Made by a program: the position numbers and the translations under genes. From NCBI GenBank assembly GCA_965285935.1, contig OZ260664.1, positions 106,888,001 through 106,952,000 of the forward strand: a stretch of DNA of 64,000 nt. The letters run 5' to 3'. The number at the start of each line of letters is the position of its first letter. Positions within the stretch are counted from its first letter, which is position 1. The notes beneath the pieces are model-generated. The model made no database searches, was not told the origin of the DNA, and saw only the letters and a list, made by a program, of their open reading frames with translations. Source of the stretch: Ophelia neglecta (taxonomy: Eukaryota). Positions 25,801-36,924 of this stretch are shown in pieces.

Positions 25801-28800
25801 TGGTATTAGCCAAAGAATTAAAAAGGAAGTGACCATCACATGTGACTTAGATACGCGTATTGATATTTGAACGTGTTTTTCTTGAAATTCCTTGCCTATT
25901 GCGGTATATTTTTATTTGGCCAAAACCCATAAACTGTCATATATAACATACCTATATATAACTTACCATTCCAGCGGTTTCCGACGAACTGGCTGAGTCA
26001 GGGCGAGCCCTTTACGGTCCACTGGTACTTCAGCCCCATTGCACCCACTACCAGGAGGGGGACCCCTACCGGCAGGATTAACATACAAATATTAGAGATG
26101 GAAACCAGACAAAGCGGTATGCCATAGTTCGTATCTTGTTATTAGCGCAGAAATACATTGATCACAGGCAGAACTCGTGTCTTTATTCAATCACCAAAGC
26201 TGTCGAAAATTTACAGTTTTGGAAGGGCGCGGCGCTTTCTAGGTCTATGAATGATTGATGGAACATATTTGCATGACTTGTGCTCATTGCGTTGGAACAT
26301 GTACACGTCTCCCCAACACTATTTTTTTAATTTGATCATGTTTGATATGGCCGTTGTATAGTAAAGAAAGAATGGCTAGCTTCGGTCATGTACATGGGAT
26401 TTGGCCACGTCACGGTTGCATGATTCACGGGACTACTTGTACGCATTGACCGGCATTATTTCTTTTAACATTTAATGAATATAGTTATAAGGTGTGCAGT
26501 GGCATAAATCATTCCGGTCCAATTTTGACCAGGGATAGTTATATGGATTATCTCCTTTTGTGGACCATTTTTTATTTTTATGTACAAGGGATGTTTCTGT
26601 CTAAGGCCAAGGGTTGCGCTGTATGCTTTATTCCTTTTGTGCTCTGATCAAGACCAAATTGTGTTTTGCCTGAATAGAACTAAGTATGCTGGAACTTTTG
26701 GCCGGCCATTATTTAGACCTATTGAAAATAACACCATGTGCGTGGTGTAAAAACAGATATTATAAAATGCCCACGGATTCTGGCAAATGTCTCATGAGTG
26801 GCCCTCGGGATTCAGTTCTCCTCACAGATTACACTATGTGTGTATTTCTATCACGCGTCTTGTTTATTTCCTCAGAACCCGGTATTTGCTTTGACGAGTC
26901 CCCTCTCTGTATCCAGTACGCCAGAGAGGGACGATGTACCAACAGTGCCTTATACAAATATGCAAACTATTGCAAACGATCATGTGGTCTATGTGGTAAG
27001 ATCGATATTAGTTTAAAATTTCCCTCTTCTTGGCCAGCAGTAAAAAATAGTTTTTTGTTAGCTATATATACAGTGGTGTTTTAACACAGTTACGATTGTC
27101 GGAAGCAACTATTTTCATTTTCAATTTTTTTATATCATTTCTACAATATATTTTTTTCCTTAGACTCGTTGCCTTCTCCTCGCCCTGAGTGTCGGTTCCC
27201 TAGTAGTTACAGGGGGGACTGGGTGCTCTTCGAGGACGACCGCAGTGAACAGGTACCTGTTATAATACATCATTATACTATAAACATTTCATCCTGCATT
27301 CAGGTTAATAGCTGACCTTTAAAGAGCTTTTGCTCTCACTAATGATATGAAACTTTTTATTTCAATGAAATCAGTCGTCCAAATATTTTAGTATTTAATT
27401 GTTAACGGAAGTAGCTAGATTTCCAGAAACAGTTACAGGTGTGGTCATTTGCCCACTAGATGTTTATGTGTTATTGTTTTCTTACAGGTGACTGTGTCAA
27501 GCGGTCACATCACCTTCTCCTCTCTCGGGGAGTTCACGTGTAAAAGTCGGCACTGGGCCAACAATCATTACAAACTGCTTTCACGCTACTCCAATGGATG
27601 GTGAGTCATCAGATATATACTTATTTATTGCTTATTATAATAAAGAACGTTTAAAGCAATAAAAATCAAACGTTATGGTCTAGATTCTAGCAGTTATAAT
27701 ATGAAATTAGGCAAAAGCGATGTCAATTGTATACCGCACAATCCAAGGTTTTGTTTCAAAAGTATGTTATTCGCTTGTAACCGGTTTTATTCACATCTCT
27801 TAATCCTCTCAAGCAACTACAAAATGACATTAGTGTAAGCGCTAGTGATAACCAGACTCAAACAGCGTAATCCGCGAGTACATTAATAACAAGTCATACC
27901 AGAACATCTAGACAGTGGGACGTGTGTGTCTGATTGAAAAGTATAGAACAAAAGGACACATACAAACTAAGCTTCTTTTTAATGATTAATGGCTTTCCAT
28001 TGAATCGGTTCGAAATTATCCAGGATCGTTAGTTGCAGGCCTACAGACATCAAACTCCAGCTTCCAACTGTATACTAACTTGTTTTGAAGTTAATGTAAA
28101 CAAACATTAAAACTGATATCACTTGCGATAAAAAGCAGGCCACGTGTCAGAGCACAAGAAAATAGTTTTTCCAAATGGCAAATAAACAAATTGGCTTATT
28201 TAGGGATGAATTTTGATCAGTCTAAATTCATTAGAAAGCAGCAGCCGCAGTTCCACTAATGTCTTTCCCCAGTTCTCTAACTTCAATTAAAAGTATTACT
28301 AAATTAATGTTTGTTATAAGCGTAAAATTAACATCACTTGCAACAAGAAATATTCAACAGGGCTTCACGATTCGAGTCAGAGACCAGAGCACTGAGAGAA
28401 TTGCGTGATTTTGTGTTTTCGTCATTGCCGTGTTCATTGCGTAGCTAATATAGCAATTACATCGAGTTATCAACTTCCCTTTATTTGTAGTTGTACGCTT
28501 ATATATTTTTTGCTTCATATAACTGTTTGTTTTCAGTCGACCACGGTATACGTGTATGAACTTTGAGCAGAATGCAGACGACGCCCTTCAATTTCAATTA
28601 TGTATGTTGAACGTACTTTTAATAACAAAACAATAACTTCAAAAAACAGAGTATATTAGTAGTATAATACAAAGTGAGAGGCTATTTTAATCATTTTTCC
28701 TAGTATGCACATAAGACGTATACGATATAACATACCAAACGGAATGTGCTTAGAACCAATGATATATTCTATTATTCAAGTGTGCACTTTTAAAGCAAGG

Positions 28801-31800
28801 AGCTTAATTTATTAATATAATTTCATGTAGTTATTTGTGATAGGTTTTTGTACCCATAAAGATAATAGTTTTACCTCTTATCAATGTCCAAAACACTGTT
28901 TGACCTGTTCAACTGGAGTCCGTTCTGTTAGCCATAACACTAATCCATATATCCATGTACACACGTTTCTTCGCCTAATATACTTTACCTAAATAAATTC
29001 TTATTTATGACAGCTAAAAGCGAGCGTTCTGACCAGTCGTTCAAGCTTTGCCAGTTTCAGGACGACCCCTTGCCGCTAGGGGGCAGGATACGTAGTGCTC
29101 AATTAAAAACACTTCTCCGTGAGTTTTTGTCTAATCCATTATATTTTCCAACTATAGTTAATCAAATCAGACACGTACAGTGTTATTTTTAGACAGCTTC
29201 CATATTTCTAAAAGCTTCTCCTAGGTCAACTCAAAGCGGTAAGTCACGTATGAAGCGGTTTCTAAAATATAAATAACCGATATTTCCGTCAAAACAAACG
29301 TCGGCCAAAGTTAATGCTTTATGCCCCTAGTGTCATTTGAAGGCCAGTTCCATTATCATAAGTCATACGTAAATTTGCTTTTCTCTGTGAACCACTCATA
29401 AATGAGTCCCGGGAAAGTAATTTCCTGCTCCTATTTCTATGCAGCACTTAAGGCAAGGCTACACGTCATCATAATGAATATTAACCCCCCGGCCTTTCGG
29501 GTCTATATGACGATAAGTGGCCAGTTTGCATACGAATACATTTCCTATAATATATGCCACATGTGGATATTTACTGAGACAAGTATTCATTACTACGGCA
29601 GACCCAGCATTGTGTTCCGACCCTATAGATCATCTTCGTATTAAGACTTTGTATAGACCCCCGACTGTTTTATTGCCAATGTTTTAGTAATAAGCTATTA
29701 GAAAGACCCCATGCGTCCTCCCTATTGAAGCCAAAAATGTAAATGCAAAATTCCGATCGGGGATACATCATCCTTTTTTGTCCATAAATAATTTTAGACG
29801 CCAAACACACTGTGGATTTTCCAGGACTTTTTTTCCTTTTTAGCATTAACCTAAGCCATAACACTAACTTACCTCTTTTATAACATTACCATCATTAGCC
29901 TCGTCCAAGACGAAAGGGGACACCTGTGGCCTCAACGGATTGGTCCGGGTTAGTACCGTGCCTGACGCTAGAGGTCACTTCTGCCAGGGAACGCTCTCTG
30001 ATTGGAACCAGCACGCATGCGGGAGTGAGTCTCGATTACAACTTCGACTAAGAGGCAGCTGTACTGGTTCCAGAGTGGGAAGGCTAGACAAAGGTATGTA
30101 GAAAATTACATAGATGCAATATTCATATTGCATAGAGTTCAATTCTCAGCAAAAGAATTAATTAAATTGCCGTGTGTCCTTATCTTAACTATCATGTGGT
30201 TATAGTGCCTGCGGAGTTTTGCCTTATGCATATCAATGTGGTAATTGTGGCCTTGGGTACCTAAATTTGGTATATGTGGATACGTAATCTTTTCACTTAA
30301 GATTTATCTTTCATAGTTCACATTTTTAGTTGGCTTACTAACGAGTTTAGACTTACTAGTTTTGTATGATTGATTGATTGATTATTATAGTGTATGGTCT
30401 TCTTCGCAGAGTACGTATGTGTGGCGTATGTGGGCGTGGAAACCGGGTACAGCCTGCTTATAACCAAGTCAGACGTCGGTGCTACCTACCAAAAATATAC
30501 CTGCTGGGTAAGATAATTTCCTTTTTAAAAATATACCTGCTAGGTAAGTTAACTTCCTCAACAAAAGTATACATGTGTGCGGCCATCTCCTTACCAGTTT
30601 TCAATTATAGCTTAAGTACATCTCCAAACCATAAACAAATTGGGCAAATTAATCTCTGCACCTAAATTGTCTTCTATTTTAGTTACTAGCTTTTGCGTGT
30701 CATTCCAATTTTAAGCCACTTTTCTTTTTTGCTTATAAAGATTTTTCGTTTACTTTATCAAGAAGATTTAATACCATTTTCATGTTTAGCATTCATTGAC
30801 CTTTTTTCACTCATCCTGTGGCTAAATATTACGGGAGAGGCTATACATTCTAGCCTCTTTTGGGGCATATAATATATTTGTCCTTCTTTAATTACTGACT
30901 AGTTTGTTTTGTTATTTGACTCGCATCATTAAAACTGTTGACTACTTCTAATTGCAAGTGATATCAAATGTATTCGTTTGGAATGTATTATTTCGTTACA
31001 TGTATATTTACTGTCAAGAGCCGGTTATTGATATTAATGTGCTGTGACTTCTGGTTCCTGTCTATTTCGTAATGACCAATAATATTTGTTGTATAAGGTG
31101 ATAAAGACCTATGCTGAGAGGATGTACTACAAACCTTGGCGGGAAGCTTACATTCTAGAGAAGGCTAACTGTGGAACCGAGGGAGACTTTGACCCCAACT
31201 CACTCCTGGCTGCTAGCATGGCGCTGCAGACGGAAAGTGGTAGGCTGTTTTCTTGGTTATAAAACAATGCCTTTTTTTGAAAATCAACGTTTTTGAACAG
31301 ATGTTTCTACCATTTAAAAAGAAGCAAACGTCGGCCAAAGTGGAATTCGCTTTATAAGAGAAGAATAGGCAAAATGCTACGATTAAATTGTTTCAAATAA
31401 ATGAATCTGTGGTATGTTAATTCAACACTGTTTCCAGATACAGTCCATCGGCCGTGCGGACAGGACTCGGGGACACGTCTGCCTTCTAAGCTCCACCAGC
31501 CCGTGTCGGATGAGGCCGAGGATAATGACGACTCTAGTCACAAGGTACATAATACACCCTGTCCATATCTCCAAACACATACATCGCCATGTAGCTTTGT
31601 CTTAAAGCCCACAGCAGGCTACCTATATTCCAACGAGTTGAAAGAACTATAACCTAAATGTAATAAAAATGACATATGCGATGTTATCACATATTATTTT
31701 TCTTTTCGCAGGAGAGAGAGGTGGGTCACCTCCAAGATGTAATGTACAATGTGAAAGATGCCAGTTACCATGGGAGCGGGACAGACCGAGTCTCCCAGAC

Positions 31801-31861
31801 TTTATTAAATACTGCAACAACCCTGGTGATCATGGAAGTCCTAAAGGCCTACCTGGTATAG
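22657..31861 (+). CDS. Multi-exon gene (18 coding exons found, 5' end unresolved): extracellular Cys-rich protein, module 1 - ShK domain - module 2 - acidic linker - GPI-like tail, ~697 aa from the first secure exon
   Basis: All 17 introns are GT-AG and all phases chain without a stop (2093 nt = 2 + 697 codons including TAG). Spliced protein: GSRAECAFPEYLQ...KTCIKQ...YHCMKF...HLCPIIGG...VQCWASW...PGICFDESPLCIQYAREGRCTNSALYKYANYCKRSCGLC...ECRFPSSYRGDW...YTCMNF...YVCVAY...YTCW...HGSGTDRVSQTLLNTATTLVIMEVLKAYLV*. From memory the modules resemble DUF7042/7043-type Cys-rich repeats; this needs an HMM check. Confidence 0.92.
23463..23629 (+). CDS. Exon A2 (0-2): ITVRRDQ...KTCIKQDGVDKYIVKSLDHG
   Basis: gtattag| acceptor, CGG|gtgagt donor, 167 nt. 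Confidence 0.88.
23733..23899. mobile_element. Tc1/mariner-pogo-type MITE
   Basis: TIR CAGTGAAACCTGT / ACAGGTTTCACTG with TA on both sides. Confidence 0.88.
24153..24217 (+). CDS. Exon A3 (2-1): ETEYHCMKFVKRNKNLIQIWT
   Basis: gttatag| acceptor, CAG|gttagt donor, 65 nt; counterpart of 28537-28601. Confidence 0.88.
24385..24465 (+). CDS. Exon A4 (1-1): RSVHDIDQGEHLCLDSALQREEWPWI
   Basis: tttccag| acceptor, TAG|gtacgc donor, 81 nt. Confidence 0.87.
   Translation, partial: DVVFMTLTKESTCVWTAHFSGRSGHG
24724..24803 (+). CDS. Exon A5 (1-0): PVQEEWHLCPIIGGFDFWAHISQPKE
   Basis: tcttattag| acceptor, GAG|gtatat donor, 80 nt. Confidence 0.87.
25123..25240 (+). CDS. Exon A6 (0-1): RVCPEQW...SCSPLQNQSL
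   Basis: ttgtcacag| acceptor, TAG|gtcagt donor, 118 nt. Confidence 0.88.
25479..25570 (+). CDS. Exon A7 (1-0): LRVQCWASWEEEG...PQFVL
   Basis: cacttcag| acceptor, CTG|gtcagt donor, 92 nt. Confidence 0.87.
25975..26116 (+). CDS. Exon A8 (0-1): RFPTNW...METRQS
   Basis: cattccag| acceptor, GCG|gtatgc donor, 142 nt. Confidence 0.87.
26876..26995 (+). CDS. ShK (ShKT) domain exon (1-1): PGICFDESPLCIQYAREGRCTNSALYKYANYCKRSCGLC
   Basis: Six Cys with a C-x-D start and a C-x-x-S-C-x-x-C end, typical of ShKT; ttcctcag| acceptor, GTG|gtaaga donor, 120 nt. Confidence 0.93.
27164..27252 (+). CDS. Exon B1 (1-0): SLPSPRPECRFPSSYRGDWVLFEDDRSEQ
   Basis: ttccttag| acceptor, CAG|gtacct donor, 89 nt. Confidence 0.9.
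27488..27600 (+). CDS. Exon B2 (0-2): VTVSSG...FTCKSRHW...YSNG
   Basis: tcttacag| acceptor, ATG|gtgagt donor, 113 nt. Confidence 0.9.
28537..28601 (+). CDS. Exon B3 (2-1): RPRYTCMNFEQNADDALQFQL
   Basis: gttttcag| acceptor, TAT|gtatgt donor, 65 nt. Confidence 0.88.
29014..29118 (+). CDS. Exon B4 (1-1): KSERSDQSFKLCQFQDD...KTLL
   Basis: tatgacag| acceptor, TCC|gtgagt donor, 105 nt. Confidence 0.87.
29899..30093 (+). CDS. Exon B5 (1-1): SSKTKGDTCGLNG...GSCTGSRVGRLDK
   Basis: atcattag| acceptor, AAG|gtatgt donor, 195 nt. Confidence 0.88.
30410..30507 (+). CDS. Exon B6 (1-0): YVCVAYVG...QKYTCW
   Basis: cttcgcag| acceptor, TGG|gtaaga donor, 98 nt. Confidence 0.88.
31098..31239 (+). CDS. Exon B7 (0-1): VIKTYAERMYYKPW...ANCG...LQTES
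   Basis: gtataag| (AAG) acceptor, GTG|gtaggc donor, 142 nt (same length as A8). Confidence 0.83.
31438..31544 (+). CDS. Linker exon (1-0): TVHRPCGQD...DEAEDNDDSSHK
   Basis: tttccag| acceptor, AAG|gtacat donor, 107 nt. Confidence 0.85.
31712..31861 (+). CDS. Terminal coding exon with GPI-signal-like tail: EREVG...HGSGTDRVSQTLLNTATTLVIMEVLKAYLV*
   Basis: cttttcgcag| acceptor; phase-0 frame ends at TAG 31859-31861; small residues (GSG), a spacer, then a hydrophobic C-terminus. Confidence 0.83.
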   Translation, partial: EREVGHLQDVMYNVKDASYHGSGTDRVSQTLLNTATTLVIMEVLKAYLV

Positions 31862-34800
31862 AACTCGATATGGCCGATATATAAATGGTTGATCTTTAAG
31901 AACGGTCCTAAATAACGGTACAGGTGAAGGACCATTTCCACTAGTGTGCCGTGTGGATGGCGAATGTTTGTCTTGAATCTGTCAGTGGGTGACACTTGTG
32001 CTTCTGGTACTTTGATGGATAACGGATGTGAAATATTGACATCGCATTGGGTATGAAGAGTTTCAGGGTCCACCCAATGTAATCTACAAGACCCGTCGTA
32101 TGACTCTAGTGGATACTCCTTCAACTAACGGGTCCGACCACATTCACTTTAGTGGTAACATGTCACCATTTCTGCTGTACTAATGACAAATTGGAGTAGC
32201 TTGATATATGCGGATGTGTTCCAGAAGGAGGTATATGATGAAGAGTGGACACGTCTAGCCTACTGCTTCTTTTACTCGTTCTGCTAAATCAAATTTATCA
32301 AACTGATAACAACCTGTTTGAGGTTTCCTCGCTTCATTGATTGTTCAACACGGGCTTGTTGATGATAATGTAACATCGATCAACACTCATGACGTCACTA
32401 GACATGACGGAAACTGAATGGTGATTATTCAATACTTAGTGGAAGTCTCGAAGATGCTTGTCAGTGATAATTTACACTAATGTTCTGTTTTAGTAATAAA
32501 AATCATAAAACGGTCGCGTAAAGGCGCCTGCCAGTACTTCATGATTATCTCGTATAATTAGATGGGGCGTGATTGCACAAGATAAAAAACACGCTGACTC
32601 TAGCGAGTTGAGGCAGGTGTTAACGCCACACCTTAGTGCCAGATAACTGCTGTGTAGTAGTCGAGGGGGCTATTCATTGCTCGTAAATGTCGTCTATCTC
32701 AGTTCCCAGTGCTTGCTGATGGCCACGGAGACACGTAAAGTTAGTAAACGACCCTCAAGGCTATAGAGAATGGGCTGGTTTACCCCCATCGTGGGTATTT
32801 TGATGGGAGATTTGAGTACAAACACATACAAATTGCACATCAGTAAACATTCTCATAAACATGAACAGGATAAACCCAGAGCAGGGGAATACTTCGTGGT
32901 CGCTATACCATTAGGATGTCGGAGTGAATCGCCGGCACTTCGCTAATTTGACTAGGAGCCCCATAACAGCCAATTTTCACCCAGTTACCAGCCCCAAGCA
33001 CCCAACCTGAATTATTAAAGATTCCAGTTGAAGAGTGGGTTCTATCCATGGTCATCAATTGTAGCCAGCCTGTTGGGAGACGCTGAGTGGTCGTCAAGCG
33101 ACAGTTTTGTGTCCTCTGATGGGTTTAAGCGGCTACTGGAGAAGTAAAGGGCAGTTAGAGTAGCGGTAAAGTACGGGAACGCCATGGAAGTGTTGACTTA
33201 TGTATACAGGTCTATCATACGGACTACTATATGGTTAAGTGGCTTAAAGGCAGGCTCGGGACAGTCCCCTTCTCTTTTTTGGATTGTTGTTCGTCAGGCC
33301 ACCTATTGACGGACAAGATATGAGCAATGCCCAAGTGTCTATAATCAATATGACCGGGTTCAGTGGAACGTTGTGACATATAATGTGGCACGAGATGAGC
33401 GATTAGCGATGGACAGCTATCTCTGCCTGGTCTGAAGGCTGATGTGTAATTCTCTCATTCACAATGAGGAATTGTGTTTAAAAGTTGAGGAATAACTTTA
33501 TTGTAGACAAAGCCTGTTTGGCTACAACCACAACCAACAGAAAAAAAGATCAATCACGCTTTTCCAGCATATATTTATACATGGCAGCCACTAAGTGTGC
33601 TTTATAGAATTCTATGATTGTAAGTGTTATTAATTATTAAGACCATGCTGGAAAATAATGTAGACGATCATATTGTGTTGGTGCCGGTGTCAAATGGACA
33701 ATCGAACCTTGATTGATAAAAAGTCTTGGCTGTGCATTTGGTTGTCACTCCCTCTATGGGAAGAATACTGAATATTTCTTGATTCTTTTTTTTGTTAGAC
33801 GAAATTCGTGTATTATAATCGCCTGCTGCTGCCTTTAACATATGTATGTGACTATTTATGTTCGTGAAGTATGTGCGTGGATGTAACGAATCAATTAGTT
33901 ATTGCTAATCCTTTATTTCCCCTTTTAAAAACGTTTGCCTTAGGATAATGACGTTACTCATATCCCATGGACGCATTTCGCTAGAGACGGAAATAACAGA
34001 CAGGGCATCTAAGGCCGGCCAAAGGATATATTTGTGCACCTATAACACATCAAGACAACTCGGCTGCCTATTGCTATCGCGCCGCTTTAAGCAGTTTTCA
34101 GGCACCGGAAAAGTATGCATCTCAGATTCCGAGGTGACCCATCTATCTACGTGTCATTACAGGCAAAACTATAATCGCAAAAAGGGAGACATGAAAACTA
34201 GGACACCATGGCTAATACCCCCATGTCAGTTATATTGACGATTGATTCTCGCCATGGTTTTATAATTATGCCATGGCAGTTTTATACATAATTAACAGGT
34301 TTAGTATTTGCTTTATTGTGAATTTCAGCCAAGAATAATTTCATTTTGTAGTCATGGTATACTAAAGCCACCTGTTTTGTTTTAAAGAAAGGAGACGGTC
34401 ACTGGGGTCTTAACCAACATAGTAGTCCAGTTATTTTGCTGTACATTTAATTTTGCGCCAGGGAATTTCTTTGGCATGTGCGTCCGGTTTATTATGAAGC
34501 TTTTATCATAAAGAAAAATTCTAAAAATATTATTGACCTTTATTGAAAGTCACGGAAAAAAGTGATTGTCCTTTTGCAGGATAACATTTAAAAGAAAAAT
34601 ACAGTTAAAGGTCCTGCCAAGGGGTGGACAAGAGAACTCAAATGATGTAGCAATACCTGTCTCAATGGTTAATATAGCGATCCAATTTTGATTACGTCTA
34701 GCTTGATTGATTTTGGAAAAGAAGTATATATGAACAAAGAACAATCATTCCGTATTAAACCAAAGATGTATCCTCATATAAAACGTATAAGACATATTTT

Positions 34801-35027
34801 TGTCTTTCTTACGTGCGAGTGAATCTTGTAATATTGATATTATTTTGTAAATAAATGTTATAACGCCAGACCGCTTTCCTTTTGGTTTGTATTAAATACC
34901 ACCCAAGGACGGGCCTGTGAAGTGTATATAAAGTCATTCCACCAGATGTCAGTGTATAAATAATATAATTTCATACAATTATTCGACCTGATATGTCAGT
35001 TTCTATAATGTCACTGTTCATTATGCC

Positions 35028-35033
35028 AATAAA
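35028..35033 (+). terminator. Probable polyadenylation signal (AATAAA) ending a ~3.2-kb 3' UTR
   Basis: AATAAA after an AT-rich, repeat-poor stretch following the stop, with CA and T/GT-rich sequence downstream; other AATAAA near 32495 and 34850. Confidence 0.45.
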
Positions 35034-36871
35034 GTACACGTCATTTACTTCAATACCATAATACATCTTTTGTCCAATTTCCTTCAAGTTCATTCCACCT
35101 AATATTGTCACGTCCATTTCAATTTCCTGCCTTATAAGGACAGGACAGAAAGATCTATGGGAAATAAATATTGGTTCTTTTATTTACGACGGCTATTGTC
35201 GGCATATATCATATGCTATATTCTATGGACAAGAAAGCAGTTTCTTCCTTATAGTGCAATTAGATTATAGTGCTATCAGTGGTCAAACATTCCCTTGTAC
35301 TATTTCGGGGTGGTATTAGTTCTAATCAATAAAACTAATACTAGAGAAGAATAGCCAGTAATTGTCAGATCATGCCACATGATGGCGCCGATTGAGAGCG
35401 GCACGTTCCTACAGCTCAGTGTTTGAGTAACTAATCCTTCGATATCCGAACATCGCCTGCTCTTCGATTATCGATGGTGTCAGTATCAAACCGTAATAAG
35501 GTTATAGTCTGTGTCCACGCTATTTTGACAGTTTGAGACAAATTCAATCTGCGTAACATGTGTGCGTTTATTACTCGGGGGAAGATGATAAGTAAGGACA
35601 ATATGCGATGAAGTTTTGGAATTGGTAATTTCGATAGCTTAGATTTTTATTCGCTGTCTCTACAACGTAATATTCATTCTCTAATACGGGGGTTAGGGCC
35701 CCTTAGCTACCTGTGGTTGCATGACTCTAAACGCATTAGGGAATATCCATAATTTGTGCAAATATAAATGGTCCTAGATATTGCTTTTTTTACACCACTT
35801 TGCTTTGTGTCTGGCAACCGATGATTATCTGCTGAAAACAGCCAAAACACTGGGTCACAGCGGTTGTTTGGGAGTAAGGAATAGCTTCGTGCACGCCAAT
35901 CTTTAAAAATGTAAACGCAAATTCCTAATTAGTCGAAGAAGTCTTAAGAATGAACCACTTCAAGCACTGTCTAGCTCGCAGGTCTGTACAAACTGCTGAA
36001 CCCATTACATTGCCATGAATGACATTCCCGACTCTTACCATTAACATGCACACGACACGTATCCAATGAAACCAGTGCTGCTGGAAGGTCTAAACCAGGT
36101 ACTGTATATTGTTCTAAACAGATCCCTTTACAGTGTCACAAAGCAAGACGCTCTCTACGGAACTAGTTACATTGCATTGTTAGCAGCCCGCCTGGACATC
36201 GTTAAGCGGATGGGCACACACCAGCAGTGCTCCCTAATATCGCTCGGCCCATTACAGCGGCATCCATTAAGCCCTCATACGTCAGCGCTCGGAATGCCGC
36301 CTATACATCAGAGTTCTATTGACGTGCAAATTACAAAATGGCCGTGGTCGTTCCAGTTCGATGGTCAACATGTAAAGGGCACTCCATCACTGTTTTGTGA
36401 GCAATGTGAATAACAATAAAAATGATGTATTGAGCGCTGGGGCTTCGCTGTAATAAGGAGTTCTATTTGGCGGTGTACTATTTATAGGCGCCACAAGTGA
36501 GGGGAGGTGTGTTACTATTGAAAGAAAAGACACATATCTATTGCCATGTTTTGATTTTTGGTTGTGGCCAGACAGTTGTTCATTATTTGTGATTGTAAAA
36601 CCCACATAAATTCCATCGAAGCGGTTTATGCCATTCGTATTATTTGCCAATTGTGTTTATATATATAAAGAAGATATAAAGGAACCTGGCACTACCAGGA
36701 TTGAGAGGTTAACCATTACAAACTACCAGGTCGACCCCGAAAATCATGAACAGCTCGTTCACTGCTTTATTCATTGAAAAGTTATTTTGGATCTTATAAA
36801 AGACTATGGCTTATACTTGGCAATTTCATCATATCAACACACAGAGTGCTAAGTCAAACAACATGTATTGG

Positions 36872-36924
36872 AAGGGATGAAGTGATGGGATGAAGTGATG
36901 GGATGAAGTGATGGGATGAAGGGA
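36872..36924. repeat. 13-bp tandem repeat (GGGATGAAGTGAT) x~4
   Basis: Direct reading. Confidence 0.9.

Noticed and set aside
27205-27225. RGD integrin-binding motif (YRGDW)
   Set aside because: It coincides with the structural C-x-FP-x4-G-x-W module start, so it is probably incidental.
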